Of a stretch of DNA of 64,000 nt, positions 11,854-23,129 are shown piece by piece. The translations under genes and the position numbers were made by a program. The notes beneath the pieces are model-generated. The model was not told the DNA's origin. It saw nothing but the letters and a program-made list of their open reading frames with translations, and did no database searches. Each line of letters opens with the position of its first letter. Position 1 is the first letter of the stretch. The DNA is from Vermamoeba vermiformis (taxonomy: Eukaryota), in NCBI GenBank assembly GCA_045837725.1, contig JBEWZL010000152.1, positions 248,001 through 312,000 of the forward strand. Direction: 5' to 3'.

Positions 11854-14800
11854 TCAAAATCCCATGTTACGTTTACGCTTTTTCGCGCCAGTGGATCCAC
11901 CTTGTTGCGAGGAAGTAACAGTAGGCGTGGATGGAATACTACCAGAGAAGTAATTTTGTGATTGTGGCTGTGAAGCAAACGGATCTTGCGACGACTGACT
12001 TCCAATCCACATTTCATCGTTATCAACGACGGTTTGGAGCTGAGATCCGGGTCCAAGAGTCACTCTGAAATGCGACACTGAAGGCGTGCTTGGTGTGGAC
12101 GGTACTATAGTCCTGGCCCTCTTAGGCATAGACAAGTTAAACTCTTCATTATCCGCTGGTGTAGGCCGGGACTCCTTTGAAATAATGACAGGTGTCAGCG
12201 TCACGTGGTGCGCGGGGGTTGACGGCGCAGAGTTCATATTAAGTGCTCTGGCTGTCGGCAATGGCGCAGGTCGAGGTTTGCCCGAGGATCTCGCGACACT
12301 CGGCAGCTCAATTGTTTCAACATTAGCCATTGGCGCTGTCACCGCTGATTGCGTCGGAGTTTGTTGCGCTGTCACAGGTCTCCTCGATGAAATTAACGGC
12401 GTGAACGGTGTCGCTGCTGTTCGTTTCGTAGGTGAGTTTTGATTGGCTGGTCTTGGAGTTAACTGTGTCGAGCCCATTCTCGGCGTTTGGAACGTCAATC
12501 GTCGTTGAATGTCTTCGATTTGGCTCTGCGTGTGTTGCGTCAAATTTATGCTCGCGTCATTGTTCAAGAAGCGTTCCTGCGCTGCAGACCAATCTTCTTG
12601 CAACTTGGTTAACATTTCACGGCGCTTATTGGCGGGATTAGCTTGTGCATTGACCGATTGACTCTCGCTATTATCTACAGTCTTATTGCCGTCCTCTTCA
12701 ACCTCCATCTCTTCGGGGACTAACGGATCCAGATCGCCTTACGAAAAAAAGTTAGGCATGATTGTAATAGCGTATAATATTATAATTATGGTACCTTTGA
12801 CTCTGCTAAATGGTATAGAGCAATAAACTAAGCCGTAATCGTGTTGCAAGTTCTCAGCCCAATGCGCGACTTGGTTCATTCTCTCTTCGTTTTGACTAAA
12901 GTTTGACTCGATGATTTGTTCTTTAACACTTTGCATAATAACTAGTGTCTTCTTAAATATAATTTCGAAGGCAGGATGTTCTTGAAATTCCAACTCTTCT
13001 TCGGGACTCATCGTTACAACTCTTTGTTCGAGCTCTTTGACTAGTTCTTGCTTGGATACCTTGACGTTAAGTTCATTTGTAACGTATTTCATGATTTCAG
13101 CACTAAAATGAATAAAATTAAGGGAAATAAGTTTTTCCGGAAATATTCGGAGTTTAGTGCACCGCGTACTGGATCCAATAAAAGGTACTATATCATATAA
13201 TAAGTGGTAGTAGGATACAAAGTACGTGGCCGTTTGATGAAGGTCATAACTTTTTCCATAATCTTGTCTATTCGCGAATGGTGCTTCGTTTCTCGCGGCA
13301 GTTCTTCTTTGACTTTATCATCCTCCGTAATATCTACATAACCGTATTAATGACATGATATATTGTAATGATATTCACGAAGAATAATCTATTTTTGGTC
13401 GAATTTTTGTCAAATCTGCATCCAGTACGTACGTTTGAAAAGTCCCCATAAATTCGCAGTATAATGCTCTTTCAAGTTCATATCAGGCAGCCGAGCCATA
13501 TTACGCTCCGAAATATCCTTTTCTATCGGCGACATGAGTACATTTCGTTCTTTTTGAATTATTTTCCTTGGCGATGCAATATTGGCATTATTCAAGGGCT
13601 GAATAGAGAAATTTTGGAAGAATATATCGCCGTGGACTGATGCGTGAAATATTTTGAGTGATTTCCCGCCTTTAGCTCTGTACATCAAAAACTCCGGATC
13701 TGCTTGAGTAGCGTCATCGTCTAACAAAAATTAGGCTTAGTAATCTATTTTAACGAATCGATATGATAATTATTATGAAAGGGTGTCGGATAGAGTACAA
13801 TATATATCTTATTAAGGTAACACGTGACCTACCAATTCGTTCAACGTCCGCTAACATCATCAACACACCGCAGAGTCCGTGATTTGTTTTCGTGGAAAAG
13901 AAATGCAAAAAACTAATAAAAATGATTAGATCTTATGGTATATAATAATAATAATAATGTATTTTTGAGATAAGAGAATATTAGAGAAATAGTAGTGTAC
14001 TACGTACTTGTTGTCATCTTGCGATGAAGCATAAGTATTCAATTTGAACGGTGTATGTAACAGCTGCGGCGTTTGACTCGGTGCACTCATAAAATGATTT
14101 TTCCAATTAATCGGATTGGGCACTGTTGGCATTGACGACAAAAAAGTTAGACAGTCCTTCGCTCAATTTACTCTTCTTTTTAGAACGTGATGGCTCTTGG
14201 GAGATTTCGCTCGAATTGCCCAAACTGTTGTTATTGCTGTTGCTATTTATATTCGCTGGGACTATATTCGTCGATTTAAACTGCCAAAATTGGATCTCGC
14301 CTGATTTGTAATTGGTGACCAACATCAACACTAAAATAAGCTTCATTAATACGTAATATTAATATAATAATATTACTAACCTTTTTCTTCATAAGTGTCG
14401 GTAAAAAACGCTTGCGGTGGCAGATCCTGAAAAATAATTAAATTTAATTATTTTGATAACGAAGCTGTATAATCATATAATCTTACTAAATTATGCGCAC
14501 AAGTCAATAACGGATCGCTAGCAGCTCGTTCATCAAAGACCATGATATAATGTGTCGTTGATAAAAAGAACTGAAATGGATTGACCGGATGTCGCTTGAC
14601 GGCACAAATAGTTTGCTCGATTTTGCTATCTCCTTCTTCATAACTATCTAATTGACCCTATTTGATATTAATTAGCATATAATATTCTCAAAAAATAATA
14701 TTTTTATCCGTACCTTGAAGCTGTACAAATTGAACAATAATTTAACTTCAGTTGTTGGTCCCTATAATAATATAATTAATATACTATTAATATATTATGG

Positions 14801-16099
14801 TATGTTATATTAGTTACTCTAAAGTCGAGGGCATAGATGTCATGTTGTGAGCATAACAACAATGTTCGTGGATCAGATCCGTACTCGACTTGCCGCCAAG
14901 TTTGATAAATAGGATCTTTACTCGCTAATATGCGTATCCTAAGGACTTACATTAATATATATGATTTTGAAGAAAAAATAACGTACCTTTTCGGATCTAT
15001 AATTCCTTCCCATAAATAGACACATCCGTCTTCAGTAACGAATGAAATTTCTTTTTCTAGTGTTGGATTAAACGCAAAATTAAATATTCTGCAGTTGAAT
15101 TGAAAGTGCTCCATTTTCTTGAACTTCAGCCGTACTTCGTTATGAAATTTTTTCTTCTTCAAATCGAATAAAATTATCTGATAATCTGTTCGAACTGCCA
15201 ATAACGGTCTATGCTTCCCCATATCTATATATAACATATTATTAATATCAATAATCATTATCATAATGATTTTTGGACTTACAATGTTTTTTTGAAAATT
15301 CGACATGCTTGATTGTACTATTTACATTGGTGAATCCTAATCGTTTAGGAGGCTTAATCTTTGATATATTTATAGGAGGCTCCAAGTCTTGTAACGGACA
15401 AACATCTGTTTAAAAAGTATAGTTAAGGATAATAAGATTAAGTGCGTGTAAAGTAGCGGATCCAACGGATCTTGAAAAAGGATACTAAGAATATCTAACA
15501 TAGGACCTTTAGGATAAACTAATATAGGATGTTCATATTCACTCCACTGTAATGAAATAACCGTCAATTATTATTTTCGCGCCATTATTTAATTAAATAA
15601 TTTATCGATTTTTTACCGTGCACGTCGCCAATAAATTTCCTTGATAAGCGTCCGATGTACTTGACTCGTGCTTTATAATTTTTTTCTCGTAGGTTAAAGC
15701 TTCTTGCAAAACTTCTGTGGGAATGTAAAGCTCTGGATGTGCTTGCCGAAAATGAATAACCTGTTAAAATGTTAAAATGGCCCCTTTAATATTATATATA
15801 TTATTTGATGGGTGCTATTAATTCTTACATCTTTTTGCGCGGCTATCTCAGGGTCCGGGATCGGTTCTGGAGTTTGAAGAAATAACGGATCGATCTGTAA
15901 ATTAGCCAATAATGGCGCAACTTCATGCTGGAGTTCTAATCTTATAGCCCCTATAATGTATATATTTATTGAATTATTCGGCAATAAATTAGCGGATCTT
16001 ACTCTGATTAGTTCGTTGGTTGAATCCAGTCAGCCCAAAGTCCCAAATAAATGGCGGGTCTGACGGTGGTAGCTGCAAAGGAAATTCACTACCGTTCAT
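11854..16099 (-). CDS. TAF1C/Rrn6-like RNA polymerase I initiation factor subunit (beta-propeller plus low-complexity tail)
   Basis: Starts MNGSEFPLQLPPSDPP. Motifs GNLLA, LLAVRT, FNP....SFVTEDG.VYLW, WRQVEYGSDPRTL and FDERAASDPLL..AHNL resemble TAF1C/Rrn6 as recalled. S/T/P-rich basic C-terminus ends in KKRKRNMGF. Confidence 0.6.
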
Positions 16100-16262
16100 A
16101 AGCTGTAAATATTTTTCTTTTGTGGTATGTCATTTCACGATCAGATCTGATAATTTTTGTTTGGCGATCTGACCGAGCAGAAAAATTTATGTTCAAATCG
16201 CTTTAAGACATTATTTAGTTTGTTTAATTTACATATGTATATTCGGCTATATATAACAGATC

Positions 16263-18293
16263 TTATTGCTGTACAGATTCGTTTTTCATGTTTGGATCGA
16301 CTTGTTCGTACAATGACGGATCTTGCCCAGTTTCTTGTGCATATTCATCTCCTTGCTTTTCAACATTGATATTGTTCTGCATTTGAAGTTGATGCATTTC
16401 GTCGATCGATCCTTCAACAACGTTAATAGCGTTCATATTGTTGATCGTGGTGACCATCCCGTTCTGATCCGGATGCATCATGAGTTCGCCTTGATTATCG
16501 TTATTAGCGCCTAACGGTCCTTGAAGTTGTGGCTCGGCCCACTTGAAAAATGCGCAGGTGAGTTGTCTGCAGACGAAGTAAGGTTTCGACTTTTTCGGGT
16601 TTTGATAAAACGCTTCCTGGAAACAATAACAATGGGGCCTGCCGACTTTAATATCCAATTCGAGTCTTATCCTCAGCAAGTCGTTGATATCTTGCCTAAT
16701 TATTCTGTCGCCGTCCTCGCATTTTTGTCGCTTAATTCTAAAAAAGGAAAAAAAATTTTAATCAGTACACTAAGTTCGCTAGTACCCGATAATAAAATTG
16801 ATAAAATAATTGATATTTGCAGCGCACGTACTTTTCACCGTGATATTCTTCGCCCGATTCAAGCATATAAGGAGTAATGTCAGTTGCGTTGTTGATCGAT
16901 TCTGCCAGCAGATGCGCTTCGAACTCTTCATTGAGCAAGTTGTTATAATTAGCGTGGGTTATTAATGCATTTGCTGGCCGTTTAAAAATATGTGTAAATT
17001 CAGATCTGTCGAGATTGTTCTTGTGCCTCGAAACTCTCGTGTTCCGTCCCTCCACGTGCCTCTTCACCGACAATAGTCCCGAGGCCTTATTCAGCTTAAA
17101 ATCAGTGTCGCAGACCACGCAAAAGACTTCATTAGGCGAAAGAGCGATGATCGTGTTCGGAGAAAATCCACCGGACAAGAGGTACTCGTTGATCTTGCCT
17201 TGGAACGGAGTCAATGAACTTCGCTCGACTGGTGCTTCTCTTTTACGTTTTGATGATTTTTTTCGTTCTTTGCGTTTGTGTTGCTTAAAAGAATTAAAAT
17301 TAGGATTTTTTGTCATTTTTTTGCGGGATCAGATCTGCTTACCAACAACTGATCAGCACTCATCCATAGACCTCTAACCATGCCTATATCTTTCAGGTCG
17401 CCCTTGTCTAAGTCCAAGAATAGGTCTACTGTGCCAATACCCTCTGCCTCTATAGCACAAAAGCTGGTTAGATCACGTGTCTCGCGGTAGATCCAACACA
17501 CTTGTGAACTATATGTACGTTATAAATTACTTACCTAACTTTTCCATTGTAGACTGAACGACTTCTCGCGCTATTTTGGCACGATCAGCGGCTGTTTCAA
17601 GCAATGCTCGCAGATCTCTTCGAATGTCAAGGTTGATAGTCTCCTGCGTATAGTAAGCCACTTCTAGCATATTCTTTCGTGCCTCGTCATCTACCTGAGA
17701 ATAATATTGTTAGGATCGCATAATAGACACTATAATATGCCTACCTGACTAATTTGGTTGCCGTGCTCGTCAACTACTGTGTTTTCGTCACCTTTGCTCA
17801 TGATCTGGACGTAATAGTTTCCTAATGACGATTTAGTATTTTTCATAATATATATGAGTCTAATTGTTGTACCATTACTCTCCAAAAGCGTAATCTGCGC
17901 TTTGTCGAGCACATTCGTATCCAGAGAGTCGCTTAAGCCTGATTCATGATGATAGCGCACGTTGTCTACTACTAATTCACCATTGTTGATTTGGCCGTTG
18001 TTCTTATCATCCGACATAAGTTCCATGCTTGAGCAAGTGAGATTAGTCACAAGATGCGCAAACATTTCTTATTATTTGTAAATATTAAATAATAAATGTA
18101 ACGATCGAAAATATTTGTAGTTTGTTGTACTGATAGTTTGACGCTGACACTTTTGATTGGTTTTCGATTTCCTCCATCCTCCTTTTTTGTTGCAAGGAGG
18201 ATGGAGGAAATGTTTGGACCAAGCAAAAAAAAAGCGACAGCCATCATTTGCCACCTTTACACGAGTAACATATTTATGGACGGACTCCGCCAT
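16263..18293 (-). CDS. Multidomain protein: SAM-like segment, C2H2-like zinc finger, GRF zinc finger
   Basis: GIGTVDLFLDLDKGDLKDIGMVRG (SAM-like); FCVVC...KRHV....RH; HCYC...N....PYFVC....CAFFKWA (zf-GRF). Exons joined by canonical introns; 5' structure uncertain. Confidence 0.55.
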
Positions 18294-19045
18294 TAAAATA
18301 ATACGAACCAACGTAGTTTAAAATCCGGATTTAGATCCTTGATCTTACCTTTTCTGTGGGCTGTTGCAAGAATGTAGAATCTATCAACGACAATATAAAA
18401 TCCAGCACAAAAATTAGAAGCCTAGTTGTGCGTGGAAATATGACCAGAAAGAGAACAAAAAATTAATCTGAGTTTGGACTAGCTCGCTCTTTGGCAGCTG
18501 CTGCAAAAGGTAGAATCTCGTAAATACTAATAAAATGCGCAACCAGCTATTGGACAGCGATTAACGACCTTTCACAGCCGATCAAAGAGCGTTTCTTGAC
18601 GGCGTCAGATCTGACGGTTACCAAACAATCTGGGCCTTCCTTTATCTCTTGTTATCATTGACGCGATATCGGTGATCGACTCTACCTCTAATTGCACGAT
18701 AATAGAACTGGGGCTTGGCAAACCAGAACACGCAAACACGAGCACTGGTACGCGTTATTTTCAAGCTGGCAAATCGACTATTTATTGGAAAGTTTCATTC
18801 ACTTCATCTTTGGTATTGTTATCAAATAGCTTTCGGTATGCGAAGTCATAAGAAAGGCTTATTTTGGTTGACTTGAAATTTCCGAATTTCGGAGCTTGTA
18901 GCGCTTGCTGCTCCAAATAGGTTTAAAATTATTACGTGGTTCGTAGATTCGATAGGAATTTCCCGCATTCCGGAACGATACTCGTTACGCGAAGTTCGTT
19001 GGAATATAACGTTAACGAAGTAGTCGACTACCACACGTAACGAGC

Positions 19046-20183
19046 ATGTTCGAACAGACCAGATCTAAAGCTAGAATTCTAAGCCAACACTTAGAATTAC
19101 CACCAGAGCAACAAACTGCAGTTGAATCGATTCTTAATGACATCGTCTTTCCTTCATTTGGCCGAGATCACTTTTACCCTCGTTGGCCTTCCTACATCAC
19201 CGACGATTTTTCGCCCATAGAATTCAGCGTATCATTTTCTCCGAAAGGCGCGAAGTTAAGACTTATTTTTGAGCCTCTTGGCAACGAAGATCCAATTGAC
19301 CTGATCAAGCTTCGAGACGCATCCGCGAGCACTTTGGAACTGTTGAGAAAGCGTTGGCCTTATGAACTCAACTTGGTTCAGTTCAACGCGGTCAAGGACT
19401 TGTTCTTCATTGATGACCCGCGTGGCAAATTGGTCTGCTGGTACGGCGTTGACTTCGGCGCAGCACCTATTATCAAGGTCTATTTCAATCCACAAATTCA
19501 AAAGCCCGAAAAGTCCGCACTTAAAGTTGGCGAGGAGTTTATGGAAAAGCTCAACCATGGTCAACATGAAGGTTGGCTAAGACTTCGTGACTACTTGGCG
19601 TCACATCCGGATACCGCCGAGATCGAGGCTTTGAGCACGGATCTGATCGCTCCTGAACGCGCGCGTATCAAGGTATAGTATTGGAATATCACGTAGCCAT
19701 TGAGCATGAGCTTATATGAGCATTTAGGTTTATGTGAGATTCTATGGTGCCACTCTAGCGACCATCGAAGAGGCCTTGTCGGTTACCCACAGATCCGACG
19801 TGAAAGCTTACGTAGAAGAACTCCGAAACACGTTTTGCAAGGGCATGAGAACCTTCTCGGGTGGTGTAGTAACATCGGGCGTTATGATCACTTTCATCTT
19901 CAACCCAACGGATCCGAATCCGCTTTACCGAGTGCACGTGCCTTTACGCCACTACAAATCGGATCTGGTTATTTCTGGTATGGTAACGGACTTCTTGAAT
20001 GAGAACAATATGGAGAGATATGCGACTGGTTATCAGAAGATGATCCAAGAATTCTCTGGGAATACAATGCATCATTCAGGCTTTCAGACTTACGTCTCGC
20101 ACGCACGTCCAACGGCTTCTACTGTTGACTTAACAGTTTATATAGCCCCGCTCTTGTTCACTAAGACCGACCTAACTAGTTAA
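19046..20183 (+). CDS. DMATS/ABBA-family aromatic (indole-type) prenyltransferase, bacterial-like
   Basis: PRWPSYITDDFSPIEFSVSF...LRLIFE, IKVYFNPQ, LSTDL..PERARIK|VY and terminal TVYIAP motifs of the Trp_DMAT family. One intron at 19673-19727 restores KVYVR in frame. Confidence 0.8.
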
Positions 20184-20255
20184 AACGAGTGTATATATTA
20201 TTTGTAGTATAGCCTATATAAAAATTGTGTTGTACCCGATAAATTGTTGCAAAAT

Positions 20256-21190
20256 TTATTTATTTAGTTCTACGGCTGTAAAGCGTAGCCGTGGAAAGCC
20301 AAATAAGGAAATGAATATTCGGCGAACTATCAATACTAACAAGACAATTTTTGATAGGATTGGATCCTGCTTGATCCCCAACGCGTTGCACGTCTTGCTA
20401 TCGAATATGGCTCCCAAAAAGCTTGACACTACGGGACGAGGCACCATTTTGCCTAAAAAATCGATGGAAGTTTGCGTAAGTAACGCAGCATTTGTGGTAA
20501 ACTGGAAATTGTCTCTTTCGAATCGCTGTTTAAATATTTCCATTTTAAGGTACGTTTCCGGAATTTCCCTACAAGAATTATTAATACATATTGCATTATA
20601 CTACTATTTATTGGTCAATACGTACTTTATACCCATCGCCTCGCCAACTCTTTTCCAACATTCGTAAACGGCGTACTTTTCCTCTTCTATTGGCGCTCGA
20701 TAATCGTACTTTTCCATGAATTTAATTGGTTCAACAGCGAATACCGCTAAAGTATATAAATAATACTTGTTATCAACGGCAATGTTCCGATGAATGGATC
20801 TTAGCCGCGCCAAAGTATTTTTCCATTCCTCAGACTCTATATCATTGACCAGGCATTGCCGCATTAGTTTAATAGTATCGGCGTGCCTATAAATACGATT
20901 AGTTCTATTTTTGGAAGTTGGTGTAAAGTCACGTACCGAACTTCAGGTGTTTTTATAAACTTCGCCGTTGCAGCCAGTTTATCAGCTATCTCGGGCACCG
21001 CGAACGTCAGAAATGTCGACATTAATGAGCCACCATCATTTGAGAACGGAAATTCTTTGTAGAAAAGTTGTCGCATAACGTAGAACGGATTCGTTCGGTA
21101 CATTTTTTTGACGTTGTAGATCCGCCATAGTCTAATGATTTGGATGAGGCCAACGTAGATAAATAGGAGTATATATGCTATGTAGTGCAT
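20256..21190 (-). CDS. ER-bound oxygenase MpaB/rubber-oxygenase-like (DUF2236) protein
   Basis: N-terminal TM helix; EFPF, FLTFAVPEIA..LAAT, R|HADT, ARLRSIH, N.YYLYTLAVFAVEP and W.RVGEAMGIK are typical of MpaB-like proteins. Two introns. Confidence 0.85.
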
Positions 21191-21305
21191 CGTGATACGA
21201 ACTGATATAATTCTGAGTCCCTTTTTTTCGTAGATACCATGGAAATTTCGAAATTTCAGGCATAATTCGGTACAATCAATTTTTATCTGTTTAGCAGCGT
21301 ACAAT

Positions 21306-23077
21306 ATGATAGCATCAATACGAACTTTATTTTTACGTATATTTTTGATAGCAGCGTATTGCTTGTACTATTGGATGGTCAAGCCTCGCTTGCCAATGAA
21401 AGAGAAAAATACTAAGCAGATCCGACGAGTTTGCGTTATTGGTGCCGGCTTCAGTGGTATAGCAGCTGCTCGATCACTCATGAAAAATGGAGCAGGCTAC
21501 AGTATTGTTATATATGAAGGTCGAGAAGATTTGGGTGGAATATGGTATCAAGAAAAAGTCAAGCCAAAATTGACCCTGAATGAGCAAGCGGATCTCACAC
21601 GATACATGAGCCCATGCTGGGACACTATGGTGACCAACTCCGGTACTAAGGTATGATTTATTATTCGCATATATAATATTCTAACTATTACTAGTCAACT
21701 TTTTTGTCGGATCAACCGCTGGATCTTGAAGGCAAACTGCCGATCGATGGTGTTTCTCACCAGACCATTAAAAGCTACATTGAAGCGTATGCGAAGAATA
21801 ACGATATATATGACAAGATCCAGTTTAACACTACAGTATCGAACGTCGACAAGGTGAACAACAAGTGGCTCGTGCACATCAACACAGCAGATAGCGCATC
21901 CGTCGAAGAATTTGACGCCATCATTGTCTGCACTGGTACGCTATGGTCTCCGTTAATACCGAAAATTCCTGGAATCGAGAACTTTGAAGGCGATGTTATT
22001 CATACAAGCTTGTACACAAACGCCGAACCATTCAAGAACAAGAATGTTTTGGTTGTTGGATCCGGCACGTCATCAACCGACATTGCCTTAGAAACTAGCT
22101 TCGTTGCAAAGAACGTCTACTACTCGACGCGGAATGGCCGCATATACATCCCGAAGCACTTTTTTGGCGATAAAGTTACCGGCACTGATTTCCTCTGCTT
22201 GTGGTTCCGATTCCGAGGGCTGTTTTGGCGCAAACTGTATCAGTGGACGGGCTTATTCAGAGATTTTACGTATCCTAAGCGAGACATGCTTGATTTGACT
22301 CCGTACGGTGTCCCAGCCCCGGATGTTTCGGGATCCATTGAAAATGGTACGTTCTGTCGAGTCAACTTTGATATGCTAATGTAAATGTTGCAGACCATCT
22401 TTTATCTGTTTGTAAAATCGAGTTTATGCACAGATTGAAGGAGAAGGCAATCACTGCAAAAGGCCGAATTCGACAGGTATCCAAAAGATCGGTTGAATTC
22501 GAGGACGGCTCGTCGATAGAAGTCGATAGTATTATCTTATGCACTGGATTTAGAACGAGTTATCCATTTTTGACGAAATTTATCAACACCGAGAAGTACG
22601 GCACTCCTTATCCTTTGTACGAACAAACGTTTTACTCCAAGGATCCAACACTTTGCTTCGTTGGAGCTCCTCGTTCATCTCTTCATGCGACAGTAGCAGG
22701 TAAATATATAAAGCTATTGCATTTCGGTAGCTAACGAGTTTATCTCAGAAATGCAGGCACGATGGGTAGCAGCTTACTTGAAAGGAGACGTTGGACTTCC
22801 TACGGAGCAAGCCATGCTCAATTGGCAAACAGAGCGCATTAAAAAGTACGGAAAATCAGAAAATGGACGCGCTATTAATAACATTAACATTATCGACTTC
22901 TGCGAGTTCGTGGCTAATCAAACAAACCAGAACTTTTCGTTCATCAGAGACTTTAATATGTTAGAAAAATTATTTTATCGGCCATATTCAGTCCAACGTT
23001 TCAATATTAACGATCAAAAAGGAAAACAATTGTACTTGAGAATTCTCGATTCATTCACCTTCACTATTTGGAAATAA
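21306..23077 (+). CDS. Class B flavin-containing monooxygenase (FMO)
   Basis: GAGFSG (FAD), EGREDLGGIW, FEGDVIHTSLY (FMO fingerprint FxGxxxHxxxY), GSGTSS (NADPH), DSIILCTGF and EMQARWVA. N-terminal hydrophobic helix; three introns. Confidence 0.92.
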
Positions 23078-23129
23078 ACTTATTTATTGTCGTTACATGT
23101 TATAGCAGTTCGATTGGTAGTATTTTAGT

